From Synechococcus sp. A15-28 (GTDB lineage Bacteria; Cyanobacteriota; Cyanobacteriia; PCC-6307; Cyanobiaceae): DNA of 32,000 bases. The notes beneath the pieces were generated by a model. It was not told the DNA's origin and made no database searches. It saw only the letters and a program-made list of their open reading frames with translations. How positions within the stretch are numbered: the stretch's first letter is position 1; the number at the start of each line of letters is the position of its first letter. The position numbers and the translations under genes were made by a program. Location: NCBI RefSeq assembly GCF_014280175.1, contig NZ_CP047931.1, forward strand, positions 1,050,001 through 1,082,000. The letters run 5' to 3'. This document shows, in pieces, positions 1-9,120 of this stretch.

Positions 1-20
1 GCATGGCGCCCAGTTGAGGC

Positions 21-203
21 TCAGGGGGTATCCAGGTCGCAACGATTCAATTCCGGCTGGGTGAGGCGATCGATGATGCGGGCCATGTCGATCGAGGTGA
101 GTTCGCCGTTGTCGTCCCACTTGAGCGTGGTCTTCCGCTGAGCGGGAGGCTGTTGCGTCGTGGACTGTCCAGCTGTTTGCTCGAAGGAACGATCGGCCAC
201 CAC
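21..203 (-). CDS. small hypothetical protein (60 aa)
   Basis: Complete ORF with GTG start at 203 and TGA at 21-23, directly downstream of the SGNH hydrolase gene on the same strand. Third codon positions are GC-rich like the neighbouring genes (GAC, AAC, GGC, ATC, CGC). No family recognised. Confidence 0.4.
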   Translation of the reverse strand: MVADRSFEQTAGQSTTQQPPAQRKTTLKWDDNGELTSIDMARIIDRLTQPELNRCDLDTP

Positions 204-250
204 ATCCGAAGGTCAGGGTTCGGAGATATTAGTGGCCAAGTTGGCCGCCA

Positions 251-922
251 TTACCCACGAAGCGGCGTTGTTGTGGTAAGTGGCAACAATCCTGCCCAGG
301 TCTGCAGGGCGCTCCAGGTGCTGATGCGCTGCTGGATGAAGTGGTGCCCCTCGCCGTTGAGATGCAGGCCATCGGGTTCCATCCAGCTCAGCCAGTCGGG
401 TTCTTCTCGCATGGACCGATGCAGTGGGAGGAACGGGATGCCGGCATCGCGACAGGTTTCAGCCAGCATCGCTTCGTGGGCCTCCACGTCCAGATTGCTG
501 TACCAGAGGCAGTCGGCAAAGGGCATGACGTGCTCATCCACGGGTGTGAGGCCAATCACCAGGACCTGGGTCAGCGGTTTCATTTCACTGAGCAGCTGTC
601 CCATGCCGAATCCATAGGCCTCGGTGGTCAGTTGCTGGCGGCCATCCGGCCGGCCCACCCGTGCCGTGTCGTTCAATCCGACTGCCAGCAGCACACCGTC
701 CGGTGTCTGCCGCCGCAGCTCGCCGCGACATTGCCACTCCCCCCGCCAGCGGGCGGCCACCCGTTCCAATCCATCGCCGCGGATGCCCAGGGGATAGATC
801 ACCGGGGCCGCCGGCAACTGCATCCACTCCAAGCGCAGGCGTTCGCACCAGCCCCCGGCCTCACGATCTCCCCAGCCATACACGCCGCTGTCGCCGATCA
901 CCAGCAGCTGTTTGGGTTTCAT
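251..922 (-). CDS. SGNH/GDSL-family hydrolase (lipase/acylhydrolase-like)
   Basis: SGNH blocks are visible: block I GDS in VIGDSGVYGWGD, block III in AVGLNDT, block V DxxH in PDGLHLNGEGHH. The ATG at 922 overlaps the phnE stop (ATGA). Confidence 0.8.
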   Translation of the reverse strand: MKPKQLLVIGDSGVYGWGDREAGGWCERLRLEWMQLPAAPVIYPLGIRGDGLERVAARWRGEWQCRGELRRQTPDGVLLAVGLNDTARVGRPDGRQQLTTEAYGFGMGQLLSEMKPLTQVLVIGLTPVDEHVMPFADCLWYSNLDVEAHEAMLAETCRDAGIPFLPLHRSMREEPDWLSWMEPDGLHLNGEGHHFIQQRISTWSALQTWAGLLPLTTTTPLRG

Positions 923-2427
923 GCCCTCTCCTGAAGCTGTTCAGAGGCCAGCTCCCCGAGGAGCGTCAGAACGGCGTACACCAGGATCAACCATCCCACC
1001 TGCGGCCAGTGAAAGGAGGACAGGGCCTCCATCAGCTGCCAGCCCAGACCGGCACCACCCACCAGACCGACCACCGCTGTATCCCGAAGAATCACATCAC
1101 TGCGGTAGGCGGCGTAGGCGAGATAGCGCCGGCTCGCTGGCGTGAGCACCCCGAACAGCCAGGCGGAGCGCCGTGGCGCGCCGAGGGCAACCATGGCCTG
1201 CTGGTGGCGGCCATCCACCCGCTCGAGTCCGTCCTCGAGCACCAGTCCCATCACGCCGCTGTGATGCAGCCCCAAAGCGAGCGCCGCCACAGCAAGGGTC
1301 GGCTTGCTGGCCAGCATCAACAACAGCGCCGTCAACGGTGGAGGCAACAATCGCATCAGCAGCCAACCAGCCTTCAGCATCCGTCCAGCACCATCATCGG
1401 GGGCGATCAACCGCAGCAACGGCGGCAGGCCGATGGCCACCCCGGAGGCGAGCACTGTGATCAGGAGCGTTCCGCCGACCAGCTCCAGCCACGGCGTCTC
1501 GACCCATGCCTGCGTGAGACCGTCTCGCAACTGAGCCCATGGAGGCCATGGGGCCCCCTGGATCCATCGGGGCAGAGAGAGGTCGTGGTTCAGTCTGTGG
1601 CTCCAGAGGAGAGTGACCAGCGGCAGCGCCAGGGTCAGCAGCAACAGGCCATGACGGGCGGAGAGCCGTCGGATCACCAGATTCATCAACGCCAGCAGCA
1701 GGGCCATCAACCACAAGCCGCTCCACAGTTCACGAAAGCGCAGGGACTGCAGGCTCAGCATCAGCTCGGTCCCCAACCCCCCCAGGCCGAAAATCCCGAG
1801 CAGCAGGGCAGATCGCAGGGCGCAGTCGAGACGGTGGCCGATGTGATCGCGCAGTGCAGCGGCCACGGGGGGCATGAGGCTGGTGAACAGATTGATCACC
1901 GCGGGGACGCCAGCGCATCGCAGGGCGATGAGCGCGGGCAGTTCCTGCTGGTCCAGCTGATCTGCCAAAACGCGGGCCAGCACAGCCGAGTAGGGCAGAA
2001 CAATCGCCAGGACAGCCACCCATCCGTTCAGGCCGAACAGCTGAAGCAGGAGCAGGCCCCAGATCAGTTCATGGATCGATCGCAGTGGTGCCAGACAACG
2101 ACGCAGCACCACCGCCGGCCAGCGCCGTCCGGTCAGGGTGGAACAGATCGTCGTCGAACTGAGAACCCCCAGCAGCAGCCCCGCAAGGCTGCTGAGGCTC
2201 CAGGCCAGGAGCGCCGTCAGAGCGGTGATCTGCAGTTCTGCAAGCTGATGCTTCAGCAGGGTTGGATCCAGGGAGGGTTGAAGGGCTGCCAGCCAGAACC
2301 GACCGATCTGTTCCACTCCACCGCCGTGGAGATCACGCAACAGCACGATCCCCAGAGGCAGCACCACCAGTGCTGGAGCCAGGGCCACGAGCACTGGTGC
2401 CGGCTTCAGCCTTCGCTGTAGAGCCAT
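919..2427 (-). CDS. phnE: phosphonate/phosphite ABC transporter permease, duplicated (two-domain) PhnE-like
   Basis: The 502-aa protein is very hydrophobic and multi-span, about twice the length of a single ABC permease domain. It sits immediately downstream of phnD and phnC on the same strand. The ATG at 2427 overlaps the phnC 3' end by 22 nt. Confidence 0.75.
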   Translation of the reverse strand: MALQRRLKPAPVLVALAPALVVLPLGIVLLRDLHGGGVEQIGRFWLAALQPSLDPTLLKHQLAELQITALTALLAWSLSSLAGLLLGVLSSTTICSTLTGRRWPAVVLRRCLAPLRSIHELIWGLLLLQLFGLNGWVAVLAIVLPYSAVLARVLADQLDQQELPALIALRCAGVPAVINLFTSLMPPVAAALRDHIGHRLDCALRSALLLGIFGLGGLGTELMLSLQSLRFRELWSGLWLMALLLALMNLVIRRLSARHGLLLLTLALPLVTLLWSHRLNHDLSLPRWIQGAPWPPWAQLRDGLTQAWVETPWLELVGGTLLITVLASGVAIGLPPLLRLIAPDDGAGRMLKAGWLLMRLLPPPLTALLLMLASKPTLAVAALALGLHHSGVMGLVLEDGLERVDGRHQQAMVALGAPRRSAWLFGVLTPASRRYLAYAAYRSDVILRDTAVVGLVGGAGLGWQLMEALSSFHWPQVGWLILVYAVLTLLGELASEQLQERA

Positions 2428-3107
2428 GCCAGGGTTGCTTCGGTGATGGCTGAGGGCGCTGCATCCAAGACCAGTTCACCCTGACGCAGCCCCAGCACTC
2501 GCTGGAACCGATGCATCAGATCGGGTCGGTGCAGGCTGATCACACAGGACGACTGATCCAGCAGCAGGTTGAGGACGTCGTTCGCCAGGCGTGGGTCAAG
2601 GGCGGACAACGGCTCATCAGCCAGGGTCAGCATCGGTTGCTGACGCAACAGCCGGGCCAGGGCCACCCGCTGGCGCTCGCCTCCTGAAAGGCCGGACACC
2701 CGTTGATCACGGAGCCCGTTGCTGAGTCCCACCTGGTGCAGGAGGACGTCCCCCAGCTCCGGCTCCAGCGGCTGCAACAGGTTGCGTAAACCCCAGAGGA
2801 GCGAATGGCGGCCCAGGGCCCCGGTGTTGATGTTCTGAAGCACGGTCAGTTCCTCCACAAGCCTGAGGTCCTGCCAGAGGGTTCCGATCTGCCGTCGCTG
2901 GGCTGGTCGACAACGGTTCAGGTCGTGCCCCTGCCAGAGAACGCTGCCCTCATCGGGCAGGAGGCTTCCGTTGCAGAGGCCGATTAGGCTGGATTTGCCT
3001 GCCCCGCTCCGCCCCAGCAGAACGGTGGTCTCCCCCAGCCGGATCGTGAGGTCGAGGGGTTGGAGCCGACCGGTCAGTCCAGCCCGGCGGAGCTCCAGTA
3101 CCGCCAT
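2406..3107 (-). CDS. phnC: phosphonate ABC transporter ATP-binding protein
   Basis: Walker A GRSGAGKSS, ABC signature LSGGERQRVALARLL and Walker B LTLADEP are present. The start overlaps the phnD stop by 1 nt (TGATG). Confidence 0.85.
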   Translation of the reverse strand: MAVLELRRAGLTGRLQPLDLTIRLGETTVLLGRSGAGKSSLIGLCNGSLLPDEGSVLWQGHDLNRCRPAQRRQIGTLWQDLRLVEELTVLQNINTGALGRHSLLWGLRNLLQPLEPELGDVLLHQVGLSNGLRDQRVSGLSGGERQRVALARLLRQQPMLTLADEPLSALDPRLANDVLNLLLDQSSCVISLHRPDLMHRFQRVLGLRQGELVLDAAPSAITEATLAWLYSEG

Positions 3108-4027
3108 CAGCGGACCTTGCCCAGTTGACGCCCCACCGCTTCGATCTTGTTGTAGTCCTCGTTCTGGGCGGGGATGAAGCTCTCAGCGCCGAACAGGTCC
3201 AGAACCAACGCTCCCCGTTCCGTTGAGGGAGTCAAGGACAGAAGAGCCTTCTGCACGCGATCGGTGAATCCTTCCCCGAAGCGCTCATCCAGATCGGGCC
3301 GAGCCACCCAGTGGTAGTCCACATAGGGAGGAGTTCGCCAGATCACCGCCACTTTGGAGGGATCGACGCGGCCCTCATCGACATTGCTGCGCCAGACCTG
3401 TTCATTAAGAGCGCCCACTTCATAGGCGCCGCTCTGGACCACAGCGATCGTGGCGTCGTGGCTGCCGCTGAAACCGGGTCCACCCCCTGCGAGATCCCCC
3501 ATGGTGACTCCGTTCTCTCCGAGGAAGTACTGGGGCATCAGCCGTCCGGAGGTGGAACTTTCCGAGCCGAAGGCCAGACGGCGACCCTTCAACTGAACCA
3601 ATTGATCGGCACTGGTGATGGGCCGGAGTCCGCTGGCGCCGTTGGCGATGAACACACTGGTGAATTTGGCGTCGATGTCCCGTTGGGCCAGCACCCTGGC
3701 CCCGGGCGTCTGCAGACGGGCCTGAACACCGGTCAGGCCACCGAACCAGACCAGATCAAGACTGCCGCTGCGGAATGCGCTGACAGCAGCCGCGTAGTTA
3801 CTGACAGGGACGTACCGGACGTCGACATCCAGGGATTCACTCAGTTCATCCGAGAGGGATCCGTACAACCGATTCAACTTCTCGGGGTTCTGATCCGGGA
3901 TGGCACCGATCTTCAGAACCGGGTCATTCGTCGATGGTGCACCGCTGCAGCCCGCCAAGGACATCGCAAAGGCTAAGCCGGTGGTGAGTCCGGTCGCCAT
4001 CACGACCGGTCGTTGTCGTCCTGGCAT
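3107..4027 (-). CDS. phnD: phosphonate/phosphite ABC transporter periplasmic substrate-binding protein (PhnD family)
   Basis: N-terminal lipoprotein-like signal (LAGCSG). PhnD-like pattern LKIGAIPDQNPEKL...YAAAVSAFRSGSLDLVWFGGLT...FGSESSTSGRLMPQYFL. Confidence 0.85.
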   Translation of the reverse strand: MPGRQRPVVMATGLTTGLAFAMSLAGCSGAPSTNDPVLKIGAIPDQNPEKLNRLYGSLSDELSESLDVDVRYVPVSNYAAAVSAFRSGSLDLVWFGGLTGVQARLQTPGARVLAQRDIDAKFTSVFIANGASGLRPITSADQLVQLKGRRLAFGSESSTSGRLMPQYFLGENGVTMGDLAGGGPGFSGSHDATIAVVQSGAYEVGALNEQVWRSNVDEGRVDPSKVAVIWRTPPYVDYHWVARPDLDERFGEGFTDRVQKALLSLTPSTERGALVLDLFGAESFIPAQNEDYNKIEAVGRQLGKVR

Positions 4028-4053
4028 CAGGTCAAACGTCGAACAAAACGATC

Positions 4054-5232
4054 TCAGCTGTTCTCCAGCAGTTGGCTCAGTCGCGACAAGCCATCTTTGA
4101 TCGTCTCACGCGAGACGGCACAGGACAGACGAATGCAGCGGTCGTTTCCGAAGGCCAGACCGGGGACGACGGCAAGGCCTGCCCGATCCAGGGCCTGACG
4201 ACAGAAGTCCATTGATCCGCCAACCGATTCCGGGAGCTGAGGGAAAGCGTAAAAAGCACCTTTGGGCTCCACAAGCGTGATTCCCTCAATCGCCTGCAGT
4301 CCCTCGGTGAGCAGCAGCCGGCGTCGGTTGTAGCTCTCCGCCATCGCATCGACGCAATCCCGCGGGCCCTGAATGGCCGCAAGAGCCCCTCGCTGGGCAA
4401 AGCTGCAGACATTGCTGGTGCTCTGACTCTGCAGAGCAGCGGCAGCCTTGATCACCTCCTGGTGTCCGGCGAGGTAGCCAAGCCGCCAGCCGGTCATCGC
4501 CCAGCCTTTGGCAAAGCCGTTGACGGTGAAACATCGATCGGCCAGATCCGAGGCGATGGCCGCAAAGCTGTGGTGATGTTCACCCTCCGCCAGCAGGAAT
4601 TCATAGATCTCGTCACTTATCACCAGCAGCTGGGGATGGCGACGCACCAGTTCCGCCACGGCCTCGAGCTCCTGGCGTGGCATCACGCGACCGGTGGGAT
4701 TCCCGGGGGTGTTCAGCACCAGCAGGCGGCTGCGCGGACTGATCGCCGCCTCCAGTGCATCCAGATCGAGCCGGAAGCCCTCCTCGGCCTGGCTGGGGAT
4801 CAGCTTGACCTCAGCACCGGCCAGGGCGGCCATCTCCGGATAGCTCAGCCAGTACGGCGCTGGTAGAAGCACCTCATCACCAGGATTCAGCAGCACCTGA
4901 AACAGGTTGTAGATCGCCTGCTTGCCGCCGTTGGTGATCAGAACCTGCTCGCTGCTAATGGCGATGCCATTGGTCCTGGACAGCTTCTCCGCTATGGCTG
5001 CCCGGAGCTCGGGGTCGCCAGCGGCTGGTCCGTAGCGCGTGATGCCATCACGCAGGGCTTGTCGGGTGGCCTCGACGATGAAATCCGGCGTGTCGAAATC
5101 AGGCTCACCCGCACTGAGGCTGCAGATGTCACGCCCGGCACGCTGCAGTGCCTTCGCCTGGGCGCCGATGGCTAGCGTCAGGGAGGGCTTGAGGGCCACG
5201 GCCCGTGCGGACAGTTCTGGAGGGCGTGGCAT
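4054..5232 (-). CDS. class I/II pyridoxal-phosphate aminotransferase (aspartate aminotransferase-like)
   Basis: Motifs SLSAGEPDFDTP, NPGNPTG and the PLP-lysine motif NGFAKGWAMTGWRLGY. The longest ORF starts at a GTG at 5256; the in-frame ATG at 5232 (MPRPPELS...) is taken as the more likely start. Confidence 0.85.
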   Translation of the reverse strand: MPRPPELSARAVALKPSLTLAIGAQAKALQRAGRDICSLSAGEPDFDTPDFIVEATRQALRDGITRYGPAAGDPELRAAIAEKLSRTNGIAISSEQVLITNGGKQAIYNLFQVLLNPGDEVLLPAPYWLSYPEMAALAGAEVKLIPSQAEEGFRLDLDALEAAISPRSRLLVLNTPGNPTGRVMPRQELEAVAELVRRHPQLLVISDEIYEFLLAEGEHHHSFAAIASDLADRCFTVNGFAKGWAMTGWRLGYLAGHQEVIKAAAALQSQSTSNVCSFAQRGALAAIQGPRDCVDAMAESYNRRRLLLTEGLQAIEGITLVEPKGAFYAFPQLPESVGGSMDFCRQALDRAGLAVVPGLAFGNDRCIRLSCAVSRETIKDGLSRLSQLLENS

Positions 5233-5316
5233 CGGCAACGCACCTCCCCGCGGCACGCGTAAAGATCACATCCTGCCTCACGTGGTGTCCCAGACAACCT
5301 TGTGTGTTCCCTTGTC

Positions 5317-5712
5317 ATGAGCTCCATCAACCTGAGCTGGGTGCTGGCTGCTGAGGATCCGCAGCGGTTGGCCCGCTTTTATGCCGCCTTGCTGGGGTGC
5401 CCCCAGCGGGATGGCTTCTCCCCCTCCCACTGCATCGTTGATCTAGGTGGAGCAGGGCGTCTGGAGATCTACAGGCCGTCCCGGAACCGCCCGTTTCCCC
5501 AGCGCGGACGCGCGGTGGCTCCCTGCCTGCGCCTGCCGCCGATGGATGGCCCCCTGGAGGCTCTGCAGCAACAGTTGCCCACCTGGCTGGCCCTGGGGGC
5601 GTCGTTGATGGAACCAGCTCGGCAGGAGCCCTTCGGTGCCGAGGTCTGGCTGGCTGATCCCGAGGGCAATCCGGTGCTCATGGTGCAACCCTTCCCCCGT
5701 GCGTCCACCTGA
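5317..5712 (+). CDS. VOC (glyoxalase/bleomycin-resistance fold) family protein
   Basis: About 131 aa with the typical VOC layout: N-terminal INLSWVLAAEDPQRLARFYAALLG and C-terminal FGAEVWLADPEGNPVLMVQP. The ATG at 5317 is preferred over the GTG at 5302. Confidence 0.55.
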   Translation: MSSINLSWVLAAEDPQRLARFYAALLGCPQRDGFSPSHCIVDLGGAGRLEIYRPSRNRPFPQRGRAVAPCLRLPPMDGPLEALQQQLPTWLALGASLMEPARQEPFGAEVWLADPEGNPVLMVQPFPRAST

Positions 5713-5717
5713 AATCG

Positions 5718-6275
5718 ATGTTGGAGCTGCATGACTGTGAGCAATGCACCGCCTGTGATCTGGCGCTGACACGTCAACGGGTGGTGATCAGTCGCGGTGC
5801 CGCTTCAGCGCGTCTGATGCTGATCGGAGAGGCCCCCGGTGCCCGGGAGGATGCCTTGGGTCAGCCCTTTGTCGGACGATCTGGCCAGCTGCTGGATCGC
5901 CTGTTGCTGGAGGTGGGCCTGAACCCGGAGAAGGATCTGTACATCTGCAATGTAGTGAAGTGTCGTCCTCCCCAGAACCGCCGACCGAAACGCGGGGAAT
6001 TGACGGCCTGCAGACCCTGGCTGGATCGGCAGATCGACCTGGTGGATCCCGCGGTGATCGTTCTGTTGGGGGCCACGGCCGTGGACAGCCTGCTGGGCAT
6101 CAAAACTGGAATGACCCAGCTCAGAGGTCAGTGGCTCAGCTGGAATGGACGGTCGGTGATGCCGATCTTTCACCCGTCGTATCTGTTGCGCAATCCATCC
6201 ACGGCGGCCGATGCCCCCACGGCGTTGACCCGGGCCGATCTCACCGCAGTGCAGCAGCGACTGTGCGAACGTTGA
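5718..6275 (+). CDS. family 4 uracil-DNA glycosylase (SPO1 DNA polymerase-related type)
   Basis: Cys cluster CEQCTACDL, then [28 protein letters not shown] and HPSYLLRN, which are family-4 UDG hallmarks. Confidence 0.85.
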   Translation: MLELHDCEQCTACDLALTRQRVVISRGAASARLMLIGEAPGAREDALGQPFVGRSGQLLDRLLLEVGLNPEKDLYICNVVKCRPPQNRRPKRGELTACRPWLDRQIDLVDPAVIVLLGATAVDSLLGIKTGMTQLRGQWLSWNGRSVMPIFHPSYLLRNPSTAADAPTALTRADLTAVQQRLCER

Positions 6276-6297
6276 CGCGCTTTCGGCCTGGCCCGCC

Positions 6298-7494
6298 ATG
6301 ACAGCCCTGGATCGGCGTTACGACACCCAGATCCATCGACGCATGACTCGCACCGTGATGGTGGGTGATGTCGCGATCGGCAGTGACCACCCCGTGGTGG
6401 TGCAGTCGATGATCAATGAGGACACACTCGACATCGATGCGGCAGTCGCAGGCATCGTCCGCCTTGCGGAGGCTGGCAGTGAAATCGTGCGTGTCACCAC
6501 GCCGTCGATGGCCCACGCCCGGGCGATGGGGGAGATCCGTGCTGCGGTCCGTGCCCGTGGATGCACGGTGCCGTTGGTGGCCGATGTCCATCACAACGGC
6601 GTCAAGATCGCCATGGAGGTGGCTCAGCACGTCGACAAGGTCCGCATCAACCCGGGCCTGTTCGTCTTCGACAAGCCGGACCCCAACCGAGAGGAGTTTT
6701 CCGAACAGGAATTCGCGGCCATCGGTGCGCGGATCCGCGAAACGTTCGCACCGCTGGTCACCCTGTTGAGGGATCAGAACAAGGCTCTGCGCATCGGGGT
6801 GAACCATGGCTCCCTGGCGGAGCGAATGCTGTTCACCTACGGCGACACCCCCAAGGGCATGGTCGAGTCGGCCATGGAATTCGTGCGCATCTGCGATGAG
6901 CTCGACTTCCACAACATCGTGATTTCGATGAAGGCGTCGAGGGCGCCGGTGATGTTGGCGGCCTACCGCCTGATGGCGGACACCATGGACAAAGAGGGAT
7001 TCAACTACCCCCTGCATCTCGGTGTGACCGAAGCCGGTGACGGCGATTACGGCCGCGTCAAGAGCACGGCGGGAATTGCGACGTTGCTGGCCGATGGACT
7101 TGGCGACACCATCCGGGTGTCCCTAACCGAGGCGCCGGAACGGGAAATCCCCGTCTGTTACTCGATTCTTCAATCCCTTGGTCTGCGCAAGACCATGGTT
7201 GAGTACGTGGCCTGCCCCAGCTGCGGCCGCACCTTGTTCAATCTCGAAGAGGTGCTGCATAAGGTCCGGGAAGCCACGTCCCATCTCACGGGACTGGACA
7301 TCGCCGTTATGGGCTGCATCGTCAACGGCCCAGGTGAGATGGCAGATGCGGACTATGGCTATGTCGGCAAGACACCGGGTGTGATTTCGCTGTACCGGGG
7401 TCGCGACGAGATCCGCAAGGTGCCCGAGGAGGACGGCGTCACGGCTTTGATCCAGTTGATCAAGGAGGACGGGCGTTGGGTGGAGCCGGACTGA
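6298..7494 (+). CDS. ispG: 4-hydroxy-3-methylbut-2-en-1-yl diphosphate synthase (MEP pathway)
   Basis: Full-length GcpE/IspG pattern: [33 protein letters not shown], and Fe-S cysteines in ACPSCGRT and GCIVNGPGE. Confidence 0.95.
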   Translation: MTALDRRYDTQIHRRMTRTVMVGDVAIGSDHPVVVQSMINEDTLDIDAAVAGIVRLAEAGSEIVRVTTPSMAHARAMGEIRAAVRARGCTVPLVADVHHNGVKIAMEVAQHVDKVRINPGLFVFDKPDPNREEFSEQEFAAIGARIRETFAPLVTLLRDQNKALRIGVNHGSLAERMLFTYGDTPKGMVESAMEFVRICDELDFHNIVISMKASRAPVMLAAYRLMADTMDKEGFNYPLHLGVTEAGDGDYGRVKSTAGIATLLADGLGDTIRVSLTEAPEREIPVCYSILQSLGLRKTMVEYVACPSCGRTLFNLEEVLHKVREATSHLTGLDIAVMGCIVNGPGEMADADYGYVGKTPGVISLYRGRDEIRKVPEEDGVTALIQLIKEDGRWVEPD

Positions 7495-7529
7495 GCTCGT
7501 TAGTGTGAACAATCAGTCGCCCAGGGCCC

Positions 7530-8864
7530 ATGCCTAGCGCCAATCGTCTGCGCGGGGTCCTCCGTTCTGGACCCCTCCTGTTGATGCTGGGGCTGGGCGG
7601 TATGGCCGTCTCGATGGCAGGACCAAGCCTTGGGCTGACGGGGGCTAGCGGAGGCGCGATCAGCGATAGCCCCAAGGAGGTCATCGATCAGGTCTGGCAG
7701 ATCGTCTATCGGGATTACCTCGATTCCACCGGTGCCTACAGCGATGCTCGCTGGCGCCAGCTTCGAAGGGATCTGCTGACCAAGTCCTACGCCGGAGAGG
7801 AGGAGTCATATGAGGCGATCAAGGGGATGTTGGCCAGCCTCGATGATCCCTACACACGTTTCCTGGATCCCAAGGAATTCAAGGAGATGCGGATCGACAC
7901 CTCCGGTGAGTTGATGGGGGTCGGCATCCAGCTGAGTCTGGACAAGGACACCAAAGAGCTGATTGTTGTTTCACCGATTGAGGGGACGCCGGCATCCCGC
8001 GCTGGCGTCCAGTCGCAGGACGTGATCGTCAGCATTGACGGGGCTCCGACCAAGGGCATGACCACCGCAGATGCCGTGAAGCTCATCCGTGGACCTGAAG
8101 GGACCAGTGTGGTTCTTGGTTTGCGTCGCAAAGGGGAGATTCTCAACGTTCCTTTGACCCGGGCTCGGATCGAGATCAATGCGGTGAAATCCGCTCTGAA
8201 CACCGCAGCCAATGGCAGCAGGATCGGCTACATCCGCCTGAAACAGTTCAATGCCAATGCATCCCGTGAGATGCGTGCCGCCATTCAGGATCTAGAGGGC
8301 CAGGGCGCTCAGGGGTATGTCCTCGATCTGCGCAGTAACCCGGGCGGTCTTTTGGAGGCCAGTATTGATATCGCCCGACAGTGGCTGAACAAGGGAACGA
8401 TCGTCAGCACACGAACCCGGGAAGGCATTCGGGATATACGCCGTGCCACCGGCAGTGCCATCACCGACAAGCCGATGGTGGTGCTGATCGATCAGGGTTC
8501 AGCCAGCGCCAGCGAAATTCTTTCGGGTGCGTTGCAGGAGAACGAGCGCGCTCAGCTTGTTGGACAGAAAACCTTCGGGAAAGGCCTTGTTCAGGCCGTT
8601 CGTGGATTGTCCGACGGCTCAGGAATGACCGTGACCATCGCCAAGTATCTGACCCCCAACGGGACAGATATCCACAAAAACGGCATCCAACCGGACATCA
8701 GCGCAGAGATGTCTGAAAAGGAAATTCGTAATTTCAAGATCGAAGATCTTGGAACCTCAAGAGATAGTCAATATCGTGTCGCTGAAACCACACTGACCAA
8801 AGCCCTGAAAGAGGTGAATCAGGTCTATCAACCTGGGAACGCCAATCTTCAAGCCGTGTTCTGA
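7530..8864 (+). CDS. ctpA: carboxyl-terminal processing protease (S41 family, PDZ-containing)
   Basis: N-terminal signal/TM segment, PDZ region (GVGIQL...VVSPIEGTPASRAGV), catalytic Ser context DQGSASASEILSGAL and Lys context TFGKGLVQ. Confidence 0.85.
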   Translation: MPSANRLRGVLRSGPLLLMLGLGGMAVSMAGPSLGLTGASGGAISDSPKEVIDQVWQIVYRDYLDSTGAYSDARWRQLRRDLLTKSYAGEEESYEAIKGMLASLDDPYTRFLDPKEFKEMRIDTSGELMGVGIQLSLDKDTKELIVVSPIEGTPASRAGVQSQDVIVSIDGAPTKGMTTADAVKLIRGPEGTSVVLGLRRKGEILNVPLTRARIEINAVKSALNTAANGSRIGYIRLKQFNANASREMRAAIQDLEGQGAQGYVLDLRSNPGGLLEASIDIARQWLNKGTIVSTRTREGIRDIRRATGSAITDKPMVVLIDQGSASASEILSGALQENERAQLVGQKTFGKGLVQAVRGLSDGSGMTVTIAKYLTPNGTDIHKNGIQPDISAEMSEKEIRNFKIEDLGTSRDSQYRVAETTLTKALKEVNQVYQPGNANLQAVF

Positions 8865-8877
8865 AGTGCTGGTGAGC

Positions 8878-9042
8878 TCAGGCCACGGGCTGCATCAAGC
8901 CACCGCCTCCACCACCATTGGAATCATCATCATCAGACGTGGGTTGGAGCAGGGCGTACAACCCAAGAGCAGCAGTGCACATCAAGCCACTGATCAGCTG
9001 CAGAGGGAATCCACCCACGTTGAGATCAATGAGTTCTCCCAT
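8878..9042 (-). CDS. small single-pass membrane protein, hypothetical (54 aa from ATG; 62 aa from upstream TTG at 9066)
   Basis: One hydrophobic helix (FPLQLISGLMCTAALGLYALL) followed by an acidic/glycine tail (DDDDSNGGGGGG). Lies downstream of mfd on the same strand. No family recognised. Confidence 0.4.
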   Translation of the reverse strand: MGELIDLNVGGFPLQLISGLMCTAALGLYALLQPTSDDDDSNGGGGGGLMQPVA

Positions 9043-9120
9043 GGCGCTCCAATTCGTTGGGATCAATGTAACGAAGAATTGCGCGGCTGTGGAAGTTTTC
9101 TCAGAAATGCGAGTACGCCG

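Noticed and set aside
661-2421. 586-aa plus-strand ORF, the longest ORF in this part of the track
   Set aside because: It lies entirely antisense to phnE. The translation is Q/R/P/H-rich low-complexity sequence with no motifs. This is the typical stop-poor antisense frame of high-GC coding DNA.
6241-7017. 258-aa minus-strand ORF overlapping ispG
   Set aside because: It is antisense to a full-length, unmistakable ispG. It is H/R/D-rich and has no recognisable domain.
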